Origin: Octopus vulgaris
Lineage: Eukaryota
Direction of reading: 5' to 3'
Assembly (NCBI GenBank): GCA_951406725.2
Contig: OX597830.1
Location: 63,488,001-63,552,000, forward strand
Length of the DNA: 64,000 nt
The translations under genes and the position numbers were made by a program. Shown here piece by piece: positions 1-12,658 of the stretch (position 1 is its first letter; each line of letters starts with the position of its first letter). The notes below the pieces were generated by a model. It made no database searches, had not been told where the DNA came from, and saw only the letters and a list, made by a program, of their open reading frames with translations.

Positions 1-976
1 GCTGGTGTGTTTACGTCCCCATAATTTAGTAGTTCAGCAAAAGAGACCGATAGAATAAGTACTAGGCTTACAAAGAATAAGTTCTGGGGTTGATTTGCTC
101 GACTAAAGGCAGTGCTCCAGCATGGCCACAGTCAAATGACTGAAACAAATAAAAGAGTAGAAGAGCTGTTGTTGATGATGATTGTGATGGTAGTGATGGT
201 AACAATGATAATGGCAATGGTGACAATGATGATGATGATGGTGCTGATGGTGGTGGTGTTAATGATAGTGATTGTGTTAACTAGGCCTATGAGAATGTGG
301 TGTGATTTGAGGGAGATTTGACTGCTCTTTCTAATATGGTCAGAGCAAATATACTTTTGACCATAAATCTTTTGTAATCATGGATGACATAGGGCTAAGC
401 CACCACCACTACCACAACAACAATAACAATAATTTCTTACAGGCTTTACTTGGTGATTAAGAAGTTCACTTCCCAGCCATGTGGTTTCAGGTTCAGTCCC
501 ACTGCATGGCATCATGGGCAAGTATTTTCTACTCTAGCTCCAGAGTAACCAAAACCTTGTGAATGGATTTAGCTGATGGATACTGAAAGAAGCTCACAAT
601 ATGTACACACACACACACACATGCGCACACACCTTTTATCTTTTACTTGTTTCAGTTAGTAGAATGTGACCACGCTGGGGCACTGCCTTGAAGAATTTTT
701 AGTCGTTTTAGCCTGGTAGTTATTCTGTTGACCTCTCTTGTCAAGTGGTGCTGGGTATCAAACAGACACAAAGGCGCACTCACTCATATATAAGTAGTTA
801 CTATGTATTGACTAAAGAAAATAGTCTAATATTGGAGCAGCTGAGCCTTTGACAGAAAAAAGTGGGTTTTCCGTATCTGTTAAGGACTAAAGGCGGTGCT
901 CCAGCATGGCCACAGTCAAATGACTAAAACAAGTAAAAGAATGAAAGAATAAATGAATATATATATATATATATAT

Positions 977-1204
977 CATGTGATCATGTGACTGACCAGG
1001 CTATCAGATGTTGCTACATATCACTGGTCACAATGCGCTTCGCATTGTTTTAGCCTTCAAATGATGCCACCCCACTGGCTAAGTGAGCAGGCCAACAGAA
1101 GAAAGAGTGAGAGAAAGTTGTAGCGAAAGAGTACAGCAGGGATTGCCACCATCCCCTGCTGGAGCCTCGTGGAGCTTTAGGTGTTTTTGCTCAATAAACA
1201 CAAC
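977..1204 (-). mobile_element. SINE family C, 3' part, fused to a family A 3' half
   Basis: Reverse complement matches the body and tail of the 60607-60910 copy; starts in a (TA)n tract; the tRNA head is missing. Confidence 0.8.
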
Positions 1205-1369
1205 CGATGCTGGTGTGTTTATAACCCCATAACTTAGCAGTTCGGCAAAAGGGACTGATAGAATAAGTACTAGGCTTACAAAGAATAAGTTCTGGGGTTG
1301 ATTTGCTCGACTAAAAGGCGGTGCTCCAGCATGGCCGCAGTCAAATGACTGAAACAAGTAAAGAGAGTT

Positions 1370-1824
1370 ATTATTAAGCTAATGCTTGGAACATAAATTA
1401 ACAAGAATTTTGATGGAAGGTTTTAATTCAGATCACTTTGGTCCTTTTGTTACCATATTTCTCTTGAAATACACAGACTGTGTTTCAATTAATTTTGAAA
1501 AAATTGAAGTATTTAGTAAAATAATCTTGTCATGATTGGACAGATTTTTTAAGAACATAAACACGAAATTTTGATGGAAGCTTTTAATCTAAATCACTTT
1601 CATCCTATTGTTACCGTATTTCTATTGAACTAAACTACTTTTGTTTCAATTAATTTTGAAAATAATAAAGAATTTAATTTAAAAAATCATAAATTAGCTG
1701 GCATTTGGAACATAAATTAACCTGAAATTTTGATAGAAGTTTTTAATTTAGATAGCTTTAAAACAAAGAATTTGTATCAGAGAACCAAATGTGGTCTCAG
1801 GTAGGTTGATATCAAAAGAGTTAA
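1370..1824. mobile_element. Decayed piggyBac-like MITE with internal tandem amplification
   Basis: About three repeats of the block ttaattttgaaa...aacataaattaac...aattttgatggaag; similar in reverse orientation to 20745-20966; ends in aaagagTTAA. Confidence 0.55.
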
Positions 1825-2445
1825 AAGACACCATTGTGGTAAACCAACACGGAACCAAGCTCCAATTATTAATTCCACAGGATGCTTTTTCAAAACCTGG
1901 AGAAACGCATGAACATCCATACCTTACCAAATTTGCGTCTGATTCATAAAACTGAAATTGGAGTTTTATAGCCTCATTAATGACCTTCTTCATAATGAAC
2001 TAACACTATTTTTTTTTCCCCTTTCATTGTGTAAGAGTGCAAATAACCAAATAACAATCTGCAGGTAACAATTATAAAGATTAAGCACAGCACTGTTATT
2101 AAATCCCCTACTCTCTCTCTCTCTCTCCTTGTGTTACTTGCTTCCTCTATTTCTTTAATTATCTCTCACTCTGTATCTCATGCACTGACTACCAGCTTCT
2201 GCTCTCTCTCTCTCTCTCTTTCTCTGATCCATGTAACAGATTTTATAAGATGATAATTATCACGATGATGATGTTGGTAAATGATGCTACTAGTTCAACT
2301 GGTACATCACCAGACTATAAGTCTTTGATTCAGCCAATAAGTGGGCCTCTCAGTGTTTGCTTTACCTGCTGGATGTAAAAACCAAATCTTTCTCAAATCA
2401 TATTCTACAATTTTAAAACAAAAAAAGGGACACATTAGATAATAG

Positions 2446-2632
2446 CAGGGGCATATATTCCAGGTATGCTAGGGGTGCACCCATCAAAAATGGCAAATTC
2501 ATTATAAATATCAAACTTGCTCATTAATTTAATCACAAATCTTAATAGAAAACTTCTGTTATACCCCTGCATGAAATTTGGTGACACTGGGTGTGGCAGC
2601 AAACCCAATACAACAACCACCTTACGCCACTG
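2446..2632. mobile_element. hAT-like MITE
   Basis: Termini CAGGGGCATA / TACGCCACTG (8/10 inverted match); flanking 8-mers GATAATAG / GGTAATAT (6/8) fit a decayed 8-bp TSD. Confidence 0.55.
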
Positions 2633-3281
2633 GGTAATATAGTCTTGTAGACCCTTAAAAAAAATAAATGGGATGTTCACAGTTGGAATGCATTTGATTA
2701 TATAGGTCTGTTCAATCCAAGTTTACCTGGGGCTAAACAATTACAGGTAGTGAGCTGGTAGAATCGTTAGCATGCCAGGTTAAATTCTTAGCAGTAATTT
2801 CATCTGTCTTTATGTCCTGAGTTCAAATTCCTCCAAGGCTGACTTTGCCTTTCATCCTTTCAGGGTTGATAAAATAAGTACCAGTTGAGTACTGGGGGCT
2901 TGTGTAATCAACTCAACAACTTAACTACTCCTTGGATAGGAACTGAAAAAAAAATGCCTCCCTCCGCCTTGTGAGTGAATTTCATAGAATCTGAAAGAAA
3001 CTCATCATGTGTGTGTGTGTCCCTCTCTCTTTCTCTCCCCTTGAATTGACTTGACTTGACATCAGGTGACTGTTGTAAATGAATGTTATTGATTTCCAAT
3101 CTTCTGTGGAAAACCTGTCTGGCCACGGAGAAATATTATCTTATTTGGGAACAGTTAAGGGTTGGCAACAGAAAGAGCATCCAGATGTAGAAAATCTGCC
3201 TCAATAAACTCTGCCCAAGCCAATCAACCAATCAAGTAAGGAAAATAGAGTGATAATAACTATATATATATATATATATAT

Positions 3282-3595
3282 GTGGAGGCACAATGGCCCA
3301 GTGGTTAGGGCAGCAGACTCGCAGTCGGAGGGTCGCAGTTTCGATTCCCAGACCGGGCGTTGTGTGTTTATTGAGCGAAAACACCTAAAGCTCCATGAGG
3401 CTCCGGCAGGGGGTGGTGGTGACCCCTGTTGTACTCTTTTGCCCCAACTTTCTCTCACTCTTTCTTCCTGTTTCTTGAGTGACACTGCGATGGACTGGTG
3501 TCGCGTCCAGCTGGGGGGAATACATATGCCACAGAAACCGGGAAACCAGGCTCATGAGCCTGGCTAGGATTGAAAAGGGTGCATAAATAAAAATA

Positions 3596-3597
<2 letters not shown>
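3282..3597 (+). mobile_element. tRNA-derived SINE family C with V-domain-like segment
   Basis: A-box TGGCCCAGTGG, B-box-like GTTTCGATTCC, ctgcgatggactgg..cgtccag segment, A-rich tail; flanked by (TA)n; second copy at 12327-12640. Confidence 0.85.
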
Positions 3598-3636
<39 letters not shown>

Positions 3637-3734
3637 AAAATGGATATAATAACAATGGGGAAGCTCGTGGTTTTCACTGGCATGCCTTTAATTTATTTAT
3701 ATAACAAAGAAGGAAGAAGCAGAGAAGAGGGTAG

Positions 3735-3784
3735 CATTTACGATCGTTTCGATTTACTGGTTTAAGTAAATCTCTTCAGAATGT
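3735..3784 (-). ncRNA. Minimal type-I hammerhead ribozyme motif (Penelope-like terminal repeat)
   Basis: Minus strand reads CAUU-CUGAAGA-GAUUUAC(UUAAACCA)GUAAAUC-GAAA-C(GAUC)G-UA-AAUG: intact core, 7-bp stem II, palindromic stem III loop, GUA cleavage triplet, 4-bp stem I. Confidence 0.8.
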
Positions 3785-3934
3785 AAATATAGATAGATGC
3801 ATTGGTTAGGATGCGAAAATAATTGATACATATGTGATGGTTATAAAACAAAGAAGGTAATTCTTACATTAAATTTTGTTCTTGCATTGGTACATTTGCT
3901 GGCAATAACAGTCAAAACTTTTGGCGATTTAAAT

Positions 3935-4218
3935 AAGAGTCCTGTCTTCTCTCCTATTTACTAAAGCCTTTGTCTTTGCTAGGTTTATCTTAAGGCCTCT
4001 CATTCCCAGGTTTAGTTTCCATGCTTGGAATTTCTTCTCTAATTCCCCTTGAGTTTCAGCTATGAGAACTTGGTCACCAGCATAAATAGGAGCTCTCATG
4101 AACAGCGCATCTTAAACTTGACTGTGATGGTATGTAAGACTATGGTATATAGGAGAGGACTGAGGACTGAACCTTGATTGACTCCTGCCTTTATGCTAAA
4201 TTCCTCACAGAAGTCATT
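3935..4218 (-). pseudogene. Non-LTR (RTE-like) reverse transcriptase fragment
   Basis: Minus-strand translation with a stop and a frameshift: FSIKAGVNQGSVLSPLLY...YAGD...LKINLAKTK, matching the RT QG..LSP and YADD motifs. Confidence 0.85.
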
Positions 4219-4580
4219 GTTTCTCTCTCTTGTATGTATGTATGTATGTATGTATGTATGTATGTATGTATGTGTGTGCTGTCTCTCGTCTTGAGGTTAT
4301 GTGATGGTTGTAAGTGTCATTCATTTCCAATTTTCCATGAAAAACATGTTTGACCGAGAGAAAAAATATTGCCTTGTTTGAAAATAGGTGAGAGTTGGTG
4401 ACTGGAAAGGCATCAGGCTGTAGAGAATCTGCCTCAACAAATTCTGTGTGATCCATGTAGGCATAGAAAAGAGGATGTTAAACTATAGATGACGACAATG
4501 ATATGCATGCATGCATCCATCCATCTATCTATATGTCTCTCTTCCTGCCTGCTTGTCTGTCTATCCATCGATCCTTCCAT

Positions 4581-4624
<44 letters not shown>

Positions 4625-5167
4625 ATATCTATCTATCTATCTATCTATACATACATACATACATGCATATATATATATAGATGCATACATACATACATGC
4701 ATACATACATCTATGTTTACACACATACCTTTCTCAGATACCTGTTTTTTCTTGCAAAATTCCATAGTAATTCATATCTCAAGGAATTTGTAACCTATTT
4801 AGCTTGGATAAGTTTCAGGTAACTAGATTCACTTATTTATTTACTACTACTAATAAGGATAATGATGATGATGATGATAACGATAATAATTATTATCATT
4901 TTTGCTGTTGTTGTTTTTGTTGTGAATAGTCATGTTTCCAGAGTTATTTGGAAGATATTTTCTTCCAGAATTACGTGATAAAAAAATGTTTTGTTTTGAT
5001 TTTTTTTATTTGTTCTTTTTGGCAACAAAGAACTGTGCATTATTTTAACACCCATCCTATTACCCTGGTGTAAAAAAGTAAGTTGGTCCTTAAACATCTT
5101 TATTGTTTATACATATTTTTACAAAGGTGACAGCAGTAAATTGGAAAAGAAGATAATTAAACAAGTA

Positions 5168-5548
5168 TAGGCACAAGTGTAGCTGTGTGGTAAGAAGCTT
5201 GCTTCCCAACCACATGATTCTGGGTTCAGTCCCACTGCATGACACCTTGGGCAAATGTCTTCTACTATAGCCTCAAACTGACCAAATCCTGGAGTGGATT
5301 TGGTAGATGGAAACTGAAAGGAGCCCATTGTGTTTGTGTGTTTGTCCCCCACTACTGCTTGACAACCAGTATTGGTGTGTTTACATCCCTATACCTTAAT
5401 GGTTTGGCAAAAGAGATCGATAGAATAAGTACTAGGCTTTAAAAAAAAATTAAGTTCTTGGGTTGATTGATTCGACTGAAAATTTTTGAAGATAGTGCCC
5501 CAGCATGACCACAGCCTAATGACTGAAACAAGTAAAGTATAAAAGAAA
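5168..5548 (+). mobile_element. SINE family A (tRNA head plus CORE-like domain)
   Basis: Full-length diverged copy with gacaccttgggcaaatgtctt CORE-like motif and gactgaaacaagtaaa tail. Confidence 0.85.
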
Positions 5549-6002
5549 GTATAGTGAATTATCAAAACAGTCTCAATTTGATAAGGGAAATGTATACTTC
5601 AGTGACAATAAGGAAAGTACCACTGCTACAAAAACAGTAACTCATCTTTTGCAGGTGTCGTGGGTCATAAGGAGCTGCTTGATATGAACCAGCTTGAGGC
5701 AAAGGAAGAAGTATATACATGGTATGTCACATAAAAAGGTACCCAGGGAAAGACAAGGATGAAGATGGCCTAGCTCATCATCATTATCATCACCAGCACC
5801 ATTTAATGTTTGTTTTCCATGCTGGCACAGGCTGGATGGTTTGACAAGGAGCTGGTAAGCTGGAGAGTAGCACCAGGCTTCAGTTGTCTGTTGTGGCATG
5901 GTTTTTATGGCTGGATGTCCTTCCTAATGCCAAACACTTTACACAGTGCACTGGGTGCTTCTAATGAGGCACCAGAACAAGTGCTTTTTATATCGCCTGC
6001 AT

Positions 6003-6330
6003 GCATCATGAAGTTGAGTGGAGCCATCACGAACTTTCAGATCCCGGTGATCTCTGATGACTGCCAGGTTATCTTGGAGCTTTACTTCACTGAGGGAGTA
6101 GAGAGGAGATGAACCATACTGGTGTTTAAAAGACAGAAGGCTTAGTTGTTACTTGTGTGGCAGCAAAGGTCACTTGAGGGCATACTGCTCAGAAGAGAAA
6201 AAAAACTAATGTGAAAAGGTGTTAGACAACAGCTGGGATGGGAACAACCACAGCAAGCTCTAGAAGTGAAGACCTTGGTCGCTGCGACTGCAGTTTTTAG
6301 AGTACCATTGATCACATGCGGGAAGATAGC
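6003..6330 (+). pseudogene. Retroelement ORF1/gag-like fragment with CCHC zinc knuckle
   Basis: 6147-6188 translates CYLCGSKGHLRAYC (CX2CX4HX4C); the surrounding frame is broken. Confidence 0.6.
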
Positions 6331-6568
6331 AGAAGACACTTACCCAAGGTGCTATGCAGTGGAACTGAACCCAGAACCATGTGATTGGTAAGTAAGCTAC
6401 TTACCACCCAGCTACGCTTGTGCCTGTATACTTTTACCATATTTCATCATCTTTTCCATTTCTTTCTCTTCATTTCTTATTTAAATCCCCATACAAATTG
6501 TAGACTGTCCTTGTGGCGTTCCCCTCACCTATGCCCCTGTGTCTAATAAAAAGAAATTATTATTATTA

Positions 6569-6633
<65 letters not shown>

Positions 6634-7067
6634 TTTATTATCATTATTACCATCACCGTTATTATTTTCCTTGGCATAAAGATTTTCATAATGAGTTGAA
6701 AATGAAATTCCATTAGCATATTGAAAATTGGAATTTGTTAAGATACATTCAGATTTTGCAGGAATATATTTACAGGAAAACTCATTTAATTTCCTAAATG
6801 CATTTCTCTCGTTCTTCTATGGTTGCTGAAAATAACTTTGGCTATAAGCAGAACGAGGGACGTTGCATCATCTTCAGTGTTGTTGTTGTTGTTGTTAATG
6901 ATAATAATGTCATTACTGCGTGGCAGAATCGTTTGAGTGTTGGAAAAAAAAGGCTTTGGGGGATATTTCTTTTGGTTTGCTACTTTCTGGGGATGGTATT
7001 GATGTAATCGACTTATCTTCTTCCTGCAAAATGGCTGCCCTTGAGGCAAAATTTGAAACCATTTTTA

Positions 7068-7340
7068 TTATTACCTCTGCCTTAGCAAAGGCGGAGGTAT
7101 TGTTTTCAGTCACATTTGTTTGTTTGTCTGTGGACAAGATATCCCAAGAACTGCAGGATGGATTCCAATGAAACTTTCAGGGACGTTTGGCCTCATGACT
7201 GACACAAACTGATTAGATTTTGGGATCGATCTGGTACCAGACAAGGATTCTGGATTATTTTTCCTGTTTTTTTTTTTACTTAATTTCTGAGAATAGTTGG
7301 GTTCATTTTTAGTATTCTCGTTTGTGAGAGCAATGTGCTT
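7068..7340 (+). mobile_element. Helentron-associated (HINE/DINE-1-like) non-autonomous element, 5' part
   Basis: TTATTACCTCTGCC...GGCGGAGGTA stem, (TGTT/TGTC)n run, then GGATTCCAATGAAACTTT; this layout is typical of HINEs. Confidence 0.6.
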
Positions 7341-7900
7341 CTTTCAGTTTTCATATACCATGTCCACTCACATGGGCTGTCCTAATTCTTGACAAAGCTA
7401 CTTACGCTTGTCTTATTATCACGTGCAAGTGACAGCAAGTAAAAGTATCGTTCAAGGTCAAGGTAAAACACAAGTGTGTCAAAATCGCACACAATATTAT
7501 CTTAGTGATACAGATTGAGTTTTATCAGTAAAAATGTCTTTAGTCCTCACCACAAAAGAAGATCATTTAAATCAGTGAGGTTTTGATTGGCAATAAAAAC
7601 CTACGTCTATTGTGTGGTGAAAATGGATTGTATTTGTTAGAGAAGAGGACCAGGCTGTGTGTTAGAATAGTTCTACTGCACAGTGGACATTGGTTAAATG
7701 TTTCTTTTTATTATGTATATACAACTGAAGCAATATTAAATTAAAATAGTCATTTATGTTTCATATTTAATGTATATATATTGTTGACAGGCATGTTACT
7801 ACAGTATTCATCCAGAAATAACATCTCATTTGAACTCAGAATTGGAACTAGTACCACAAGGCATCTTGGTTCCACATTCCCACAATTCTGCCAATACAAT

Positions 7901-8100
7901 AAGGTGGCGAGCTGGCAGAAATGTCAGCATGCTGGGTGAAATGCTTAGTGGTATTTTGTCTGTCTTTACATTCTGAGTTCAAATTCCACCGAGGTCGACT
8001 TTGCCTTTCATCATTTCGGGGTTGATAAATTAAGTACCAGTTGCATTCTGGTGTTGATCTAATCGACTGGCCCCTTCCTTCAAAATTTCAGGTATTGTAC
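7901..8100 (+). mobile_element. SINE family B
   Basis: ggtggcgagctggcagaa head, gagttcaaattcc B-box, conserved gactttgcctttcatc..ggggttgataaattaagtaccag central domain. Confidence 0.85.
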
Positions 8101-8382
8101 CCAACTCAGTTAAGGGGTGTTATCTTGTGGGCTCATGATAACCTCACCATCGCTGGTGCTATGTAAAAGGCACCAAGTACACTCTGTTAAGTGTTTGGCA
8201 TTGGGAAGGGCATTCAGCCGTAGAAACCATGCCAAAGCATAGAACCTGGTGGAGCCTTTTGGGTTGTCTGTTCTTGCCAAACTATCGAACCCATGGCAGC
8301 ATGGAAAAAAAGAGACGTTAAATGTTATTGATCATGATTAGAAACGAACAACTTGTGTGACACTGACAAACATTTATGACTA

Positions 8383-8790
8383 TACTCTTTACTCTTTTAC
8401 TCTTTTACTTGTTTCAGTCATTTGACTGTGGCCATGCTGGAGCACCACCTTTAGTCGAGCAAATCGACCCTTGGACCTAATCTTTGTAAGCCTAGTACTT
8501 ATTCTATTGGTCTCTTTTGCCAAACCGCTAAGTTACGGGGACGAAAACACACCAATACTGGTTGTCAAGCGATGTTGGGGAGACAAACACAGACATACAA
8601 ACATATACATGCACATACATATATATATATATATATACATATATATGACGGGCTTCTTTCAGTTTCTGTCTACCAAATCCACTCACAAGGCTTTGGTCAG
8701 CCCGAGGCTATAGTAGAAGACACTTGCCCAAGGTGCCACGCAGTGGGACTGAACCTGGAACCATGTGGTTGGTAAACAAGCTACTTACCA
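8383..8790 (-). mobile_element. SINE family A, full length; extra 5' halves follow at about 8890-9058 and 9100-9265
   Basis: Reverse complement matches the 29984-30393 copy, including the internal microsatellite and (GAGTAAAA)n tail. Confidence 0.9.
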
Positions 8791-8863
8791 CACAGCCACT
8801 CCTACGCCTATCATGCAACATTATGATAAAGAAGCACAAACTTACATACACTCACACTTACAT

Positions 8864-8894
<31 letters not shown>

Positions 8895-9064
8895 TATATG
8901 ACAGGCTTCTTTCAGTTTCCATCTACCAAATCCACTCACAAGGTTCTGATTGGCTTGGGGCTATAGTAGAAGACACTTCCACTTGGTGTCACAAAGTGGA
9001 ACTGAAACCATGTAGTTAGGAAGCAAACTTCTCACTCATACTGCCCTTCCTGCACCTAGCAGGT

Positions 9065-9114
9065 ATGGCTAGGCTTCCACATGGCTAGGCTTCCACATGG
9101 CTAGGCTTCCACAT
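9065..9114. repeat. 16-bp tandem repeat, three copies
   Basis: ATGGCTAGGCTTCCAC repeated exactly three times. Confidence 0.95.
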
Positions 9115-9791
9115 AGTTTCCATTTACTAATTTCACTTACAAGGCATTGTTTCAGTTAGGTTAATAGTATAAAGATACTTGTCCAAGATACCACACAGCA
9201 GGATTGAACCAGAAATCACATGATTACAAACCAAACTGCTTAACCACAAAGCCATACGTGCCCCTATATCCTTATTGTTTGTCCCTATTATGTTTGGTTA
9301 ATTTGCTATTGCCACTTGGTCGGTATACCCCAGAGCAGCTCAATACTACAGTTGTCTCTTTGATTGACTTTCACTGCACATAATCCTGTCTTGGCTCTAT
9401 TTCCATTCATTCTCGCCCTTTGTTTGTTCAGGAAAGAAATAATTACAGCCGAGGCATTGTATCTTCTGAAATAACAAACTCTTAACTAAAACACGTGTTG
9501 AAGTTATTAAACTGACAATTCACGAACTGGATCCCAGTGATGTTTATACAGAATCAAATATCAAATGTCTGCAATATCTGTTGGGTCTATTTATAAACAG
9601 TGCTATCACTCAATGAGTAATTAACTTTATTGACATTCTCATTGAAGAGAAAAGTGTGAAATATAAAGGTTACTACTGGGAAGCTAAGTGTTATGTAGAC
9701 TTTCTAGCTGGCTGAGAACATGAACGAACTGGTTACTTAATAGTGTAAGTATTGAGAGCAGGAACTAACCTGTTTGTGGTGTATGTGTGTG

Positions 9792-9832
<41 letters not shown>

Positions 9833-10007
9833 ATGTGTGTGCATGTGCGTGTGTGTGTGTGTGTGTGTGTATACACTGTGAACAGGAAGTGACTTGGTGT
9901 ATTGTGGGAAATATAAGTGGAACAGGAAGTGGAGCTAACAAGAGTTAAAGCATGCACTGGTTACTTACCGCTGTAAGTACTGAGATCAGGAACTAACCTG
10001 TTTATGA

Positions 10008-10070
<63 letters not shown>

Positions 10071-10319
10071 GTACACACAATCATATATATATACATACTG
10101 GGAATTGGAGCACTGCGGTTATATACACTGGTAAGAGGAAGTGACTTGGTGTATTGTGGGAAATATAAAGGGAACAGGAAGTGGATCTAACAAGAGTTAA
10201 GGCATGCACTGGGGACAGGAAGTGACCTTTATATACTGGGAAATGCAAATCATACAGGAAGTGAACTTAACAAATTAAGGTATACATTGAGAACAGGAAG
10301 TAATCTGACATATATAAAG

Positions 10320-11309
10320 AATAGAGAATAATTTATTTACCTTAAGTTCTAATATCATCTTCTTTGAAATATTCACATTGCTCAGCAGTACACTGGTCCC
10401 AGCATTCCTGCCACTTTTGGAACCAGACTGGAAGTAATTTTCTGAAAGCGAGTCAAGGATCTTCTGTGATTCGCTCTTGATCTCAACAATGGCATTAAAA
10501 TGATGACCTTTGAGCTGTATTTTCATCTCTGAAGAGAGAAGGAAGCGATACCATGTTGTTTTCGGTGAGAAACTCATGAGTGAGGAGAGCTTGGTGACAG
10601 AATGCATTGCTGTTATGAAGAATCTAGATGTTAGGATTGCCTGCATGGACCCTTATGACACTCCAGCAATGTAACCAATGTCATTGATTGTCCTCCAGTG
10701 ATCCTTATGCGCAAGCTGATGAATTCTCTCCACATTTATGGGGATGACTCTCATGGCAAGTCTTCCAGATTGCTCATCGTCTTCCAGGGATGTTCTTTCA
10801 CTTTTGAAGTGCCTGTGCCACTCAAAACATTGCGTATGACCCATTGCCTCATCACTGTAAGCTTGCAGAAGCATGCTCAGTGTCTATGTAGCAGACTTCC
10901 CAAGTCTGAAGCAAAATTTCACGTTGGCTCTTCGTTCCTGTCCATGACAAAATCACAGACTACGGCAGACACAGGATCACAAAAATACAAATTTCACAAC
11001 TTGTGAAGTAAACATAAAGGGCTACACACAGAGGGGACAAACGGATTAAGTCAATTATATCGACCCCAGTGTGTAACTGGTACTTATTTAATCGACCCCG
11101 AAAGGATGAAAGGCAAAGTCGACCTTGGCGGAATTTGAACTCAGAATGTAACGGCAGACGAAATACCACTAAGCATTTAATCTGGTGTGCTAATGTTTCT
11201 GCCAGCTCACCGCCTTAAGGTTACTTCTAGCACTCACTGCGCATGGAACAGTGTGCTGCCATCTGTCAGTGCACTGCAGAACTAGTCTGGGAACATTTTG
11301 ATACCACCT

Positions 11310-11312
<3 letters not shown>
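10320..11312 (-). mobile_element. Decayed, internally deleted mariner transposon with a nested family B SINE (11003-11218)
   Basis: ORF fragments ..TQCFEWHRHFKSERTSLEDDEQSGR.. (mariner HTH) and ..LKGHHF..EIKSES.. (C-terminus); TIR-like GAGGTGGTATCAAAATGTTCC on the minus strand at about 11281-11312. Confidence 0.85.
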
Positions 11313-11354
<42 letters not shown>

Positions 11355-11361
<7 letters not shown>

Positions 11362-11515
11362 GGGAAGGTTTACGAAAATAAACAAAAGACGAAGGCAGGT
11401 GGAGTACAAGCAAACAAATGTATTAGTATGGCGCTCAGAAATAGAAATAGAACAAGTCTTTTACATTTCGAGCCTACGCTCTTCAACAGAAAGATACACA
11501 GAAAAAAAAACAAGA
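11355..11515 (-). mobile_element. Penelope-like terminal repeat fragment with variant hammerhead
   Basis: Adjacent to (TA)n; minus strand CTGTTGAAGAGCGTAGGCTCGAAATGTAAAAG; same family as 61105-61270. Confidence 0.65.
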
Positions 11516-12326
11516 AATGACCTGGTATATACTGGGAACAGGAAATGAACCTAATGACAGGTAAGGTATGTATTGGGAACAAGAGGTGACTAGTGACCTG
11601 TTGTATACTGAGAACAGCAAGTGGACCTAACAAGAGTTAAGGTATATACTGGGAACAGGAAGTGACCTGTTACGCATAAGGAACAGGAAGTGACCTGTTA
11701 TGCATAAGGAACAGGAAGTAGAACTAATGAATTACTGTATACACTGGGAAGAGGAACTAACTTATTATTATTATATACACCAGGAACAGGAAGTAACTTG
11801 TTATATATATTATATTATATATTGAGAACAGGAAGTGAAAGGAACTGGGAATTGAAAGTAATTACATTATTGAATACAGTTTGTCATTTGATACAAAGTA
11901 ACAGCAAAAATAAACTGCAACGGCTTCTATCTGGAACAGCTTTTTCTACTAAAAATAATAGTAGAATCTCCCTTGAAACAGTGGTAGTGACTAAATGGTT
12001 TAAGTCATAAATCTTAATAAATCTTTGGACAGTTTTATCAACAACATTAAGTTGTTATCTTTTTAGTCTTCTTCTGATTTCTGTCACTGGACTCATATGA
12101 ATTCTAATAATTAGTGTGGTGTTTATTTCATTGATCTGTTTCTCAAATCATTGTTACCTGTTTTTCACTTGAAGAGAGACAGCTCAATGCAGGTTTCCAT
12201 TTGGTAAACATAAACAGACAGGGACACACAATCTTGCAATATATATATATATATATACAGGTGCAGGAGTGGCTGTGTGGTAAGTAGCTTGCTTACTAAC
12301 CACATTTATATATATATATAGAATAT

Positions 12327-12640
12327 GTGGAGGCACAATGGCCCAGTGGTTAGGGCAGCAGACTCGCAGTCGGAGGATTGTGGTTTCGATTCCCAGACCG
12401 GGCGTTGTGTGTGTTTATTAAGCGAAAACACCTAAAGCTCCACAAGGCTCCGGCAGGGGTGGTGGCGACCCCTGTTGTACTCTTTCGCACCAACTTTCTG
12501 TCACTCTTTCTTCCTGTTTCTTGGGTAACGCTGCAATGGACTGGCATCCCGACCAGTTGGGGGGGAACACATACACCATAGAAACCGGGAAACCGGGCTC
12601 ATGAGCTGGGCCAGGCTTGAAAAGGGGTGCATAAATAAAT
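12327..12640 (+). mobile_element. SINE family C with V-like tail
   Basis: Matches 3282-3597 end to end; flanked by (TA)n. Confidence 0.88.
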
Positions 12641-12658
12641 ATATATATATATATATAA

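Larger units (their letters stand above)
9740..11850 (+). repeat. Degenerate minisatellite with core AACAGGAAGTG, interrupted by mariner and PLE insertions
   Basis: More than 12 copies of (tatactgg)gaacaggaagtgac in 9740-10310 and 11520-11850. Confidence 0.85.

Noticed and set aside
1928-2058. Minus-strand exon (MKKVINEAIKLQFQFYESDANL followed by GTAAGG)
   Set aside because: Splice-like signals occur on both strands, stops lie in all frames from the acceptor, and no partner exon or known protein was recognised.
6053-6075. CTGATGA as another hammerhead core
   Set aside because: No stem II, GAAA or stem III arrangement follows.
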